This document shows, piece by piece, positions 24,327 through 36,975 of a stretch of DNA of 64,000 nt. Within the stretch, counting starts at the first letter, position 1. Every line of letters starts with the position of its first letter. This DNA is from Phoronis australis (taxonomy: Eukaryota > Animalia > Phoronida): contig NMRA01000288.1 in the NCBI GenBank assembly GCA_002633005.1, positions 426,685-490,684 of the forward strand, written 5' to 3'. A program made the position numbers and the translations under genes. The notes beneath the pieces were generated by a model, which made no database searches, was not told the DNA's origin, and saw only the letters and a program-made list of their open reading frames with translations.

Positions 24327-24617
24327 TCATCGCAACTTCGACGGACACAGGCTTGCTTCGAATCGTTCCGGACCCCTCTGATCCAACTGAAGTAACTGTG
24401 ACCCGATACGTTTTCCCAGGAGTTAGGTTTGTAACGTTCAGAGAGGTTTCTTCACCTTTTCTCACAGTAATTGAAGGGATGTGTTTTGAGTCCTCTCCAT
24501 CAACTTGGGTGACGTTAACGACGTAATAAGAATAAAAGTCATTTTCTGCATTCCATCTTATATCAATCGTTTCAGTTGTAGAAGGAATAACACTCAGATC
24601 TGCAGGTTGGGACGGTT
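24327..24617 (-). CDS. FN3 exon 9
   Basis: cacAG|...|GTgagt, 291 bp, phase 1-1; EPSQPADLSV...IRWNA...VTNLTPGKTYRVTVTSV. Confidence 0.9.
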
Positions 24618-26912
24618 CTGTGGAAATCAATATAGTTTATGCTTTTTTCAGGTGAACAAAAAAGAGATCAACAGTTTTTGTATAAGTGTGTTTGCATTTT
24701 CATAGTAGTATTTTGAGTTATTGGCCTCGACTACAATAACTTTCGAACTTGATGATACGAACATCACTATTCAAAACGTCAATACGCAATGTACGTCAGC
24801 AACAAGGACAACTCAAAACGTTATGCGTCAACCGTGAGCGTCGCAAAAGGCAAAAGCGTAAAGGGTGCTTGTTTTCAAATATTTCCACGGTGGTGAGGAA
24901 ATCAAATGCACTTGTGGTTTCCCCATTAGGAACACAAAGACGTTAACAAGACTAATCTCACTGGCCGCCGCTAAAGACCTAATTCACGCGGCGGACATTA
25001 AAATCCAAAGCGAGGCTCACTGCGATAAACAAAACGAAAGCTGACATTGTCAGAGTTAAATGGCCGGTCTTTAGAGTCCAACCTGGATATTAAATCTTAA
25101 AGGTGTGTCGACAATTAACCACAGAGACGTAGAAAAATAAATTAGAGAACAAGTTAATGCACCAAAGAGTTGTCTGACGAAAAGGTATAATTTTCTTTGG
25201 AAAACTATTTTCGAAACATGAAAAGTAAATATGACCAAATTGCGGCGATCGCAGCGTTACGGATTAGGTATTATGATGAATGCAGGGTTACGTATCTTCT
25301 TGTAAATAAATTATTGATAAAAATGTTTTTTACACGAACCAGGTCATCTGCTCGTATTGTTGACGAGTTGAACTGAGATATATTCGACAGTGGTGGCTCA
25401 TCGCATTTTGCTGTCATATGCAAGTAGTCACACCTGGTTTAATTTGTTGATCAAGAATATTAACATCAAGTATAGCCTGATCCTGGCGAGGTAGGGACTA
25501 TATCGGGTCTAACAATTGATTTGTCATTGATCTGATAGAATAATTGATGTTATTAAATATATTTTAAGTAAAATAAAAAACCAGGCTCGTAACTGAATAT
25601 AAAAATTATCTGACCTTCATTTCTGCTTTCTTGGTTTTAATTGTTCTTACGTCTATTTCATGTATTAGGTTTCAAATATCAATCTGGACCAAGTTGAATT
25701 TTGAAATTAAATCACCTAATTCGTTCGTCCAAAGCATACCTCTTTTTAGAACTCGATTCAGTTAACTGGACAGAGCAATCATAGTTATCATGTTTCCAGG
25801 AACCTCGTTCCAGGAGCCTCGTTCATCCGAGGCCGGGGAACTGAGGTGCCTGTGCCTTCTGAGATGGACTAGATTTTTTTCGCTGAGTGAGACGAAAACT
25901 GAACCTCCTGATCACCATCAATAGCACCCCGCCGATTGCAAGCTCTCATAGGCTCTGCCTCAATTTAAAGTAGCATAATTGTGCTCTTTCAAATTGTCAC
26001 TTGTGTGGTTACAGGTGATTTGAACTTTGGATCGAGAGAAAATTTCAGTCACTAGGGGAATTTTTAGGCCTCTTGGGGGAATTTCAAGTGATTTTCAATA
26101 TTTTTGAGAGGGAAATAGGGCCGATATTCGGCCCCAAAATCGAGGGATTGAGGGCTCTGTACTTTTTGGAAAGAAAAATGCATCATGTTTCAAACCGTAG
26201 TCATGAGCCTGGCTGGCCGAAGATTCTCCGGTCGTTGCTATCGATGCTTGACAACCGAGATGAGACAAAATATGATCTAAACTTTTCGAAAACATTTATA
26301 AATTTTACACGGACATATTTTTCTTCGTCGCGGCGTATGTAAACGACCCAACGCTTCCGAATCTCAACGTCCCTAGGGATTGTAAAGCAGACAGTTGAGT
26401 GTCCGTATTTTTTCTAGCCGTTCGAGCAACGCGGTCCTCGTTTTGGAACGCGCCTCCTGTCGGCGTGAATTGGGTCCATGGTCTCTGGTTACAATTATAA
26501 CATAAATCATGGTTGTCGCGAGCAAGTGGGAGCAAGTAGGGAGCATTGAAAACCAAGCTTGTGTTCCTCTAACAAGAAGCATCACCAATGGGACTTGTTG
26601 TGAGAAAACCGATACTAAATTACGCGAAATTTCCAGACCAAGTAATAACAATACCCCCAATGTAAAATTTGTTAACTTTGTCACACAATATTGCTTGAGC
26701 TAGAGCTTAGACTGTGTGATTTTGATATTGTTTTCAAGTACTCTGCAAGGTTGAGCCTGGAGTGTGTGTGAATGTATGTGTGTGCGTGTGCGTGTGCGCA
26801 TGCGTGTGTGAATGTGCATGACTGTGCACTTATCGTGCTTTTGTGTTTGTGTTATCAATAACGTCGTTGTCGTCAATAAATGTGTGAACAAATAAAACAA
26901 TAGGAGGTTTAC

Positions 26913-27173
26913 CTGTTACTGCCTCGTGCAATTCCGATGTTACGGTTTTGAAACCAGTCAAGACGGTGGAGACGGTCACGGAATACCTGTGAACCGGCGT
27001 CAGTCCGATACACTGACCAGCGGTTGCCGCTGCCGAGAAATTTGACACGACGAAAGAGTTGGAGTCCCAGCACTTTACGACGTAACCATCTCTGTTACCC
27101 TCCTGTTGTAACCAAGACACGAAGACTGCTGTCGAAGTGACGTTGTCAACTTGAATGGGGACTTTTTTTAGTG
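26913..27173 (-). CDS. FN3 exon 8 (Cys-pair type)
   Basis: aacAG|...|GTaaac, 261 bp, phase 1-1; VSWLQQEGNRDGYVVKC...GQCIGLTPVHRYSVTV. Confidence 0.88.
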
Positions 27174-27579
27174 CTGTTAAAGACATTGTGACACCAAATT
27201 TGACTAACGAATAATGGGCTATAACGAAAGATAATCATGTCGCAAGTTTTAATTAGCGTGCTCTGAAAATACGTGTCAATCGAAAAAGAATACAAAATGT
27301 GACAAAATAAAGTAGAAAAGGAAATGTTTGTCGGCAGCATTGTAAATTATTTTCAAACTCGAATTGAAGGGAATAGATTAAAGTGCCTTGTTGAAAGAGA
27401 AGAAGACTGCCTTTACTACAATTTATCTTTCTGCACGCCACAAAATACTTCAGTTGTACACGGTCAAATATTTTTTATTAAAATCGTAAGTTAAAGAACA
27501 TTTCAAATCCCATTTTGTCAAATGAAAAGTACACGGTATGAATACATTCGGACAGTCTTTTAATATTTCAGTAACTTAC

Positions 27580-27864
27580 CAGTTTTTAAACGTTTCCACA
27601 CCGGCTTGCTCTTCAGCAAGCCTTCCGCCACAACGGTCTGCACGGCCACGTGATACGTAGTTCCTGACTTTAACCCAGCGATATTAAAAGAAAGTTCGTC
27701 CTTCCCGACAACAAGGGTCCGATTGCCCGATAAGACTCCATCCCAGCCAACAACGGAGTATGTGGCGACGTAGTGGGAAAAAGATCCTTTGGGTCGCGCT
27801 GGCCACCATACGTTTGCTTTTTCCGTTGTCGTGGTGGTGCTCAATGTCTCGGGAGGAACAGGGT
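27580..27864 (-). CDS. FN3 exon 7
   Basis: tttaaAG|...|GTaagt, 285 bp, phase 1-1; DPVPPETL...VWWPARPKGSFSHY...IAGLKSGTTYHVAVQTV. Confidence 0.86.
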
Positions 27865-28961
27865 CTTTAAAAAACCGTTGAGATCTAAGCATATAAATCC
27901 GAGATGCGTAGACTCCAACAATCTCTGTTGAAAGTGTCACACGAAAAAACAAAAACACAAGCTAAGGCTTAGAACAGACGAGTTGATTCCTAAAAAAAAT
28001 CAACAAATCAGATCCTTCCATATTAATTAAAGCTTTTGCATCGAAAAATTCAATTGAGAAGTTTTTTCGAAATGTTGTTTCGAAACTTCCGCACATTGGT
28101 GGAACTATTTGCTACGTATTTAAACAGATATTTCAATTGTCGTGCGCACACTAAGCAAATTTGCCAAAGTGTGTAGTTATGTCAAACATAGCAAAGTTTC
28201 GTGAAAGGCTTAGGCAACGCAAAATTCGCACAGTAGTCGAAACTTTCGCGCCAAATGTTCACTGTGACAGTTTAGAATGTTTGTGGGAGGCTTTTTAAAG
28301 ACGAAAATTAATGTCGTTGGGCACTACAAATAATCCAATTGAGATAGTACCCAGAGAATGAATGTAGGTTATGCAGACCCAAGAAACTCGCGAAAATGCA
28401 AGATCACGCAAGACTTCGCGATATATCGCCAAGGTAGCACGTGAGCACACTAGGTTTTTTCCGCAAGTGCCTTACAGTAGGTCTTCAAAACGCGGTTGCC
28501 GCTTTGGAGATGGGATGCAGGAGTATCGCTATATACTACAATATCCCTATTGAGTGTCCTAAACAAGAACAGTCGTCCATAAACACTTCTATCAGGTTAT
28601 CCGCAACTCATCAACAACGCTCACAAGTTACATGTAACAAGCAATGCTTTCTAAGAAACACCACAGTGCCGGATTAGTGTGATGTACAACGAAAGTCTCG
28701 GAAAGGAAACAAGGGCATGTCTCGATTCTTACTCAAACACCCATCAACTGTATCCAAACATTCCATGCTCACGGGTGATTACACTCACCAAATCTTAAAC
28801 TAGACTTCTTGACTCGAAATTAATTGGGTGTCATACTTTTAGCATGGGACTGCTCGCAACCTGCATGTATTTAGAGGACAAAAAGTGGGGCCCTTATTCA
28901 TGAACACCGCCTAATGAATGTCAAGTAGTCCCCTGGCGGACATTTTATAAAAATGTTCTAC

Positions 28962-29358
28962 GCACGGTTGCATTAAATAAGGACTCAACTAAGGTTCCTA
29001 AACCTTTTAAACGTTTGAGTCATTCTTTACTCACACATGTAGAGTATCTTTGTCTATCATTTGATCTTTATTATGAGCCCCCTTTGACTAAAATCTGAGC
29101 GCTTAATTCAATGAAAATAAATAGGGCCATAGTCCCTTTATTAGGGCGTTGTATGAAAAGATCCCTACTAATTTTCAATAATATTGAAAATTCACGTAGA
29201 ATTCACTCTCTATTTGTATCAAAGCCAAAAAGTGGCTTAGTAATGAATGTAAAACAGCATAAGGAAGGACTTTTAACGTTTTCACAAGTCCACAAGTACG
29301 CAATAGATTTTTGGACATTAGCCGAGTCTCCATTTGGGATTGTTTCATGCAACCGGAC
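28962..29358. mobile_element. MITE (same family as 45224-45646, opposite orientation)
   Basis: Ends cggttgcat / tttcatgcaaccgg; internal sequence is the reverse complement of the 45.2-45.6 kb copy. Confidence 0.6.
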
Positions 29359-29927
29359 ACTGAACTCTTCTCTGCACTATAGAACTCATATCTCTTAAAA
29401 CGACACTAAACCCTGGTTTGGTGCACTAATGTACAACTTTGCAACTAGCTCACTTAAATATTTCAACAAAAATTCCCTGCGTCAAAACACACCGCAAAAG
29501 AAAAAAAATAACGATGTAGCTTTTTGTGTAGAAGGCAAAACGCTAAACTTCGAAGTACTCAAAATCTATAGCAAAAAAGTGACATCGTGTAACGAAACTG
29601 ATCTGTTTTCAGGCGGATTTCAATCATTATGTTAATTAGAGTTTTCTGTAACCCAAGTAAAATTTCACATTTTGCCAGAGGTGCCTCAGTAGACGGCTGT
29701 ATGGGAAAAACTAATTCGCAGACCCCAGATTTTGGCAGATTTGGAGTACCCAAAAACCAAAATATAAAATCAACAGCAAACTAAAACTGTGTTGAACCCC
29801 CTTAAACCTATTTAGTTCATAAAATCGGACTCCTCATATTCCTTGCCATGGTGGGATTTTCGTTACTAACGAGAACACCAAAACCATCAGCGACTGCACC
29901 TCAAGAAGTAAGTTGCCGAACACGTAC

Positions 29928-30188
29928 TTGTAATCGTGTAGACCGACCGGGACGGCACGGACTCGAAACTCGCCAATTGCGTGGTGACGGTCACATTGTA
30001 CCTAGTGCCAGGCAACAAGTCGCGGCACAGAGCGGTGGTTGTTGTAGCCAGGACCATTTTTTGGAAACCATTCCCAGGCTGCCGACATTCGACACGGTAG
30101 TTGTCTCTGTTTCCCTTCTTGTTTTGCCAAGACAACTTAATTGTCGTTGTAGTGGTTTCATCGATAGTTACAGAAACCCTGTGTAAAC
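29928..30188 (-). CDS. FN3 exon 6 (Cys-pair type)
   Basis: cacAG|...|GTacgt, 261 bp, phase 1-1; LSWQNKKGNRDNYRVEC...ALCRDLLPGTRYNVTV. Confidence 0.88.
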
Positions 30189-31395
30189 CTGTGATTAAAA
30201 CAAACGTTCGTAGGCGCGTTAGAAGCGGCAGCAAACCTCATTCAATACCGAAAATACAAGAAACATCTAGACTTATACATCAACAAATTTTCAAAGTATA
30301 CAGCTTATCGGAAACAGTTGATCAGCGAATCTGTCATTTTGTCTTTTAATCAAAGGAACCAGCTAAATGGTGCTCATATGGTTCCTGTTGAAAGCATTCC
30401 ATGCTTCCGTGCACTGTCTTGCAGAATTGTTATTATATGGTACAACAACAATTATCTCCCTTGGAAGCAATGACCTGTGAACAAGATTCTAAAGACTGAT
30501 CGCAACTTGTTCACAGCAGTCATCTTTAGGCCCGGTTACATCAACTGCATAGGTGGGTTTCAGTCATTATACAAATATGGATCGATCCCGGGGCACGATC
30601 AGGTCACAAGTAAGTCGAGAGGTGTTTCGTTCACTGATACTTCTTTCCTCTGATTGTTTTCGTCTATTGCTAGTTTGGCATGTCTTTACCTTGTTTGATG
30701 TTCTGGCCTTGTCTGCTTGCCTTGTTGGCGCGACGAAAATAGCAACCTCTGTTGGCTGGAGTGGCTTGAATGATATGTGATATTCCATTGCTTCCGGTCA
30801 ACATCTCCCTATAGCTGAATCCATCCTACTGTGTTTCAGCCAATCAGAGGACAGAAGTATCAATGGTTGTATAATTATATTGAATATTGGCCGAAGTTCG
30901 AAGGACTTGCCCAGCCTGAGCCTACTAACTGGATTACTTACTGGCGTAACTTAGTAACATGGCGGTCACTAAAGTGATTGGTCGGTGAGGTTGGAATGTT
31001 GAGTTATGGGATCGAATTCAGTGTTTCCGACCCATAGGAAATTTCTCGCGGAAGGTGCGCGCAAGGGTAATTTCCCAGGTCTGCGAAACTCATCCCTAGA
31101 AAAGTATCTAATGGATGACAACGTAGTCCATGCACGTTCTTGGACAGTTACCGGTTTCCGTCTGTCTCCGGTCCGATGTTCGGACGAGGGCGTAGTGAGA
31201 ATTGCCTTGGTGCGCAAGACCTTATGGTCTGCCTGTTCATTTGGAAACATGTCTTAAGAAAATTCACTCGCCAATTTCATAACCTGGATGAATTTGCAAC
31301 ACCAAAAGAAGGCTCTAAATTTTTAGAATTTCATGTAAGCCGCGCCTGCGAACTCCGATGCTATCAATATTTTTGTCCACTCAAATGCAGCTCAC

Positions 31396-31683
31396 CTACT
31401 TTCCCCGACGCAATGACTCCTTCACTTCGTTTTTCTTCCGTCCCATAGTACTGACTGGCACTGAATATTTCCAAGTCAAACTTGACTCCAAACCCAGGTG
31501 ATCTAAATCTGACAACCCTCTCTTCCATCCAATGTTGTTTTAGTGGGTTTTCACTGTGGCTCAACACATCCGCGGGGTATTTGATGACGTATGACGTTAA
31601 AGCGCCCCTCGCGGGAGGATCCCATCTTGCTTCCACGACGTGAGGCGACAAGAAAAGCTCGGGCGTCTCAGGTGGAAGGGGAA
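31396..31683 (-). CDS. FN3 exon 5 (divergent)
   Basis: ttcAG|...|GTgagc, 288 bp, phase 1-1; VPLPPETPEL...ARWDPPARGALTSYVIKY...PGFGVKFDLEIFS. Confidence 0.8.
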
Positions 31684-32388
31684 CTGAAATCATCATTTTA
31701 AGCCTTATCACGTGTAATGTTCTCCAGGCTAATGTGACGCGTGAAATTGTCTACCTAAACACGACTTGAGCTTATTCGTGCTCCATTAATTGTGATATTT
31801 CTTGCAGCATGGCGGCATATGATGGCCAGCTTTAGTATTTTCAAATCTATTGCCATACTACGCAACATGAGTCCTAGTGCACATAAACTTGAACCGTACT
31901 GTTTTCTAATTGCAAATCAACAAAATACGACATATTGTCGGTTTCTTTCTTTTAATTCCAGGTTATTGGTCTAACGAAACAATATTGAAGATGATAACTT
32001 GACTAGAAAGACATAGCCAGTAAAAATATTAACGTCATGAGCAAACAATGAGTGAGCATAGGTGCGATAAGCAAATTCCTAGCGTTGTATCCGCTAATTA
32101 TTTGAGGTACACAACAGTCATGAGACTAAGTAACAACTAATACGGTGAAACACGGAAGCACAAGCTCATTAACATAAACCAACGGGGATCCTACTGAATC
32201 GTGCGAATCGAATGTGACGGAGACGGCCTCGGACTAGGGCTTAGTGAGTGTCGAGAATTTGGAATAAATATAGACACCGCGAATTTGAACAATAACAAGA
32301 GCTCAGACGTCTAACATAATCTGAATGTAATTAAGCTTACCCATTTAAATAATCATCAGTTTCAACAAATAAATCACACCATTCTCAA

Positions 32389-33080
32389 GTGTTCATGTAA
32401 AATGTATCGGGCATGCTACAGTGATGTGTTCATAAAAAATGTATCGGGCATGCTGCATGTGATGCGTTCATGTAAAATGTATCGGGCATGCTGCATGTGA
32501 TGTGTTCATATAAAATGTATCGGGCATGCTGCGTGTGATGCGTTCATGTAAAATGTATCGGGCATGCTGCGTGTGATGTGTTCATATAAAATGTATCGGG
32601 CATGCTGCAGTGATGTGTTCATGAAAAATGTATCGGGCATGCTGCATGTGATGCGTTCGTGTAAAATGTATCGGGCATGTTGCGTGTGATGTGTTCATGT
32701 AATATGTATCGGGCATGCTGCAGTGATGTGTTCGTGTAAAATGTATCGGGCATGCTGCAGTGATGTGTTCATGTAAAATGTATCGGGAATGCTGCAGTGA
32801 TGTGTTCGTGTAAAATGTATCGGTCATGCTACATGTGATGTGTTCATGTAATATGTATCGGGCATGCTGCAGTGATGTGTTCGTGTAAAATGTATCGGGC
32901 ATGCTGCAGTGATGTGTTCATGTAAAATGTATCGGGCATGCGGCGTGTGAGGTGTTCATGTAAAATGTATCGGGCAAGCTACATGTGACGTGTTCATGTA
33001 AAATGTTACATGTATCGGGCATGCTGCAGTGATGTCTCCATGTAAAATGTATCGGGCATGCTGCATGTGATGTGTTCATG
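32389..33080. repeat. 37-38 bp minisatellite, about 18 copies
   Basis: Head-to-tail unit gtgttcatgtaaaatgtatcgggcatgctgca(t)gtgat with no spacers. Confidence 0.95.
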
Positions 33081-33497
33081 ACACTTGCTGATGAAGTTTG
33101 CATGTGGATTAATAAATAGTCTGCTGATTTTGGCTGTATACTGCATTCAGTTTCAACTGCTGCCATGATCGACACGATCACGTTTGTTGTCAAGCGTGGA
33201 TCAGACGTAGGCCCTGACCCACAAAGCGTTTCTCAAGACTGGACTCGAAAATTGACCGATTACATCGGGGCATACAATTAGTAAATTTTCGAGTCGAATT
33301 TCGAGTTATGTTTGAGTGGTCACGGTACACAGGTACATATATAATGCACAAATACAGGTCCAGAAAGCACTTAACGTTCCCCCATCACAACAATGCAAAA
33401 GCGAACATAAGGAACGTGCCCCCAGGATCTTCTGAATCTGTGCGTCAGGTAAGCACGGATTGTACAACCTGAACTTAGATAACGTAACCTTCCATAC

Positions 33498-33764
33498 CGG
33501 TCACGACAGTCAAAGGGCTTGTGGAAACACTTGGGAACCCTGCCTGTACGGTCTCTACCGAAACGTGGTAGTGCGCCCCCGCCAAACAACCATTGCATAT
33601 CCCTGTTTCATGGTGTGTCTCCACTCTTATGCTGTACCCATCTCTGGTGTCAGTCTTGCAGTGCAGGACGTACTTGTCGTGTTTACCCTGGGCATGTTTC
33701 CAATTTACGCTGATGTCATGTTCAGTGGCTTTTTTCACGCCAACGTCTGCCACTTTACCAAGAA
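33498..33764 (-). CDS. FN3 exon 4 (Cys-pair type)
   Basis: tgcAG|...|GTatgg, 267 bp, phase 1-1; VNWKHAQGKHDKYVLHC...GICNGCLAGAHYHVSVETV. Confidence 0.87.
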
Positions 33765-34599
33765 CTGCAAACATAGGGTTAAGAGGTAAGTGTTTTTAAA
33801 TTGAAGTATGATTTGCATACCTAAAATATCTGTCAGACACTATATCGAGAAGCATGGTCCTTTCACAGTTCTTCCTACGCGTGCTTAGAATGGCGAATTG
33901 TAGTAGCATCCTCCGCTATCGCGCACATAACCTTTCCTTCTTTCTGTAAAAAAGCAATAACAGGAAGTTCAACTGATCTGATCTGTAATTTAATTCAATA
34001 AAAAAGATCGGATCGCCTTGCTTCGCACTAGTCATTCGTTCTGTCCATAATGGAACACAGTCAAAGGTTTTGAGTCGTGCGCGTCAACGCAAAATACCAC
34101 TTTGAAAACACACTTAAGCCCAGGTCATAGCCGCAGAAGAAACCCACAGGCTATGACTTGACTTTTCCGTTCATGTGACCCCTCAAGAGAACATATATAT
34201 GTATACTTAGATCTTGCGTAACACTAACAAGACCTTTTGTGATTTCGCCAATGACGATATCTCGAGAAGACTTGGGGTGATCCTGCTTTTTGCAAATTTC
34301 TTCCGTCTACGGAACGCAGCAGCCGTCTGTAAACATTAACGCCATTGTTTCAGGGCCAAGAAAGTTCTTAGGCTTCTATATTAAAGTTGATGGACTCGCG
34401 TTTGGATTGTGAGATAGCAAAATGCAAAATAAACTAATTTTTAAGTACGAAACAAATCATGATCCTTGATCTGGGCGACAAACAATCCCCAAAGTTATAG
34501 TCTAAAATTGTTTCTTAGCCAACATAGGCGGAAATTCTTGGTTTGAAAACCGACGTTATCATACAGATCCCGCTACAGCGTCGGATGTACACAGCTGCT

Positions 34600-35150
34600 G
34601 TTCACCCACAAGCCTTTTGACCCCTTCATCACTTCTGCTGTAAAATGTGTGTCACAATCACTTAGGATCTCCCACGGAATCCAGCTGCACCTTCAAAAAT
34701 GATTCAACCATACGGCCTGCCTATCTTTCATGGTGCCACTGCCTCAGGGCTCCTGGTAGCGAAATTCTACAACCTGTTCACCGTGATTGACACTAAAGCT
34801 ATAGGACCAACCTCGTCAGTTCGTATCCATTAGCACTTTGGCCACTTACACTTTTGGGGTCATCTTTTGACGTATGTCACATTATCTGCGGAACTGGTTA
34901 CTACAGATGCCACTCTTGGTCAATAGAAGTTGATGACACGGGCAGTTGTTTCTCTAACACCAAGACGTCGTCCCACGTAACATGCACTCGTTGGAAAGCG
35001 TCATCACAGACCTTCGTAACTTGCTCGACAGGACAACTTGTTTCACCATGTCACCATGTCTTTATTCCTTAGCAGACAATGAGAATCTCTCATTGAGCCG
35101 CCATTGTATACGAATCACTGCCTTCTGTATGACATTCGATCCTTGTCTTT
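34600..35150 (-). mobile_element. Gypsy integrase remnant, possibly Gmr1-like clade
   Basis: Frameshifted LGVRETTARVINFY*PR...CDICQK...VGPI...FATRSPEAVA...WIPWEILSDCDTHFTAEVMK. Confidence 0.62.
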
Positions 35151-36975
35151 ACCTGGATTCCACAGGTTTTCCAAGGTTGAACTTTCTCGCCAGGATTCAA
35201 TGACCTACTTGATTCCCACCTATTGTGTGCTCCGGAATTCAGGTACGCATTAATGTCTGCCGTTGTATATCTCTTTAATCTCTGGAAGTCACAGCTACAA
35301 CCGCCTCCCAGATGGATTCTTCAAGATTGGTTCCAACTGACCTGTCGACCACATGCACTCCATCTGGAATTCAGTTTACTGCATTTCCTGAAGGACCACT
35401 TGCCCGTAATTTACCTTCCGGACCCTCCAACGGGCTGTCTCCTGCCCGTCTTCGTTGTCACTGTCAGTTGTCGTTCGACGTCCCTGAAACACCTTTACTC
35501 TGCAAGGTTTGCAGTCTTCGGGTTGACCCTCTGGGTCCCTAGCATTACTTCTCGTTCTTGGGACGTTCTCTTTAACCAATGAGTGCTTGTTATATCCACC
35601 CCATTGGCCTCAGTCTTCGTCTCTGTGCCAAGCTGACCATCTCTAGAACAGACTTACAGTGGTACATTGAAAGCTCCATTACGACAACGTCATAGTGGTG
35701 TCATCATTTGAGACATCACTAAATGACACTAATACAACACGTCCCCGCTACTTTCGACTACACCGGAACGAACTGTCATCTGCCTAAGCTTCTCAGAACG
35801 ACGAGAGTAATGAGGCCCGTATTCATAAACAGGAGTTGACCTTGGGTTAGTTCGTTCAGACTTATTTGGTTTTGGCAATAGCAAATCCACATCTGTATTC
35901 GCAGTGCGGGCAGGCTCTTCACCAGGTTCTGTATCCTCATCACTTGTTTAACGTGGGCGCAATTGATCAATATGCCGTCGCCAAACTAGTCCACGGGGAC
36001 AAGGTCTAACGTTCCCTGTACGTCTATACGGAACAAATTAATTACGACGGCAGGTACCCAGCGAGGTTCCTTATTTCTCTTAGGGTCACAGTAAAGCAAG
36101 TAGCAGGCTGCCCCAACTTTGTACACATATGTAAGAGGGGACACTATTCTACTTTTCTCTTGTGAGTGTGACTTTGTAGCAAGCATGGATTGCTTCCCTT
36201 GAACTGCATGAACAGGTGAAGGTAACAAAGCATCCAGCTTACATCTAATCTGACGTCCAAGTTCACTTGGTTAATAACCTGAATCTAACGCCACGCGTCT
36301 ATATTGGTTTAAAAACTCCCTCCCTGCAAAGCTACTTTTGGTGATAATGACGACTTTCGTGAAGTTTGCTCGAATAACTGAATTAGAGTGCCCCGGTAAG
36401 ATGTACGATGCCACGTTTACGGCACCATACTTGAAGTTCCTCGGAAGTGAATGACGTTGCATTGTCAGTTACAACCGTATGTGGGTAACCAAAGTGAGCA
36501 ATGTCCTGTTCTAGGAGTTTTCTAGTGGCTTTGCCAGAAACTGAAGAAGTAAAATAAGTAATATGAATATGAGGGTACTTTCTGTGAGCATCTATGAGCA
36601 CCAACAAATTCGACCCTAGAAAATCAACTGTATGATTCAAATGAAGACGGCTCCAGTGTTTCTCTGGAAGCATCCACGGGCGGAGAGCAGCTTTGGATGG
36701 CTTGTTGTAATGTACATGACGCAAATTGTCTAGGTAGATCCTTAATCTCGCCATCAATGTGAGACCAAATTACAACGGTTCGCACAAGTTGTTTCATCAT
36801 CTGCATTCAAAAATGTCCTACATGAAGTAGAGTTCCTACTTGTTTCCGACATTTTAGAGGTATAACGAGTCGAAATGCGAAGAACAAACAACCATTTTCA
36901 TTTGATAAATATTCAAGCAACTTTTTTGAAGTATTTTACTTCCTCCAACTCTGTCTTTCGGCCATCATTCTTTAA

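Noticed and set aside
32389-33080. CRISPR-like array of ~37-bp repeats
   Set aside because: Units are contiguous with no unique spacers, there are no cas genes and the context is eukaryotic; it is a minisatellite.
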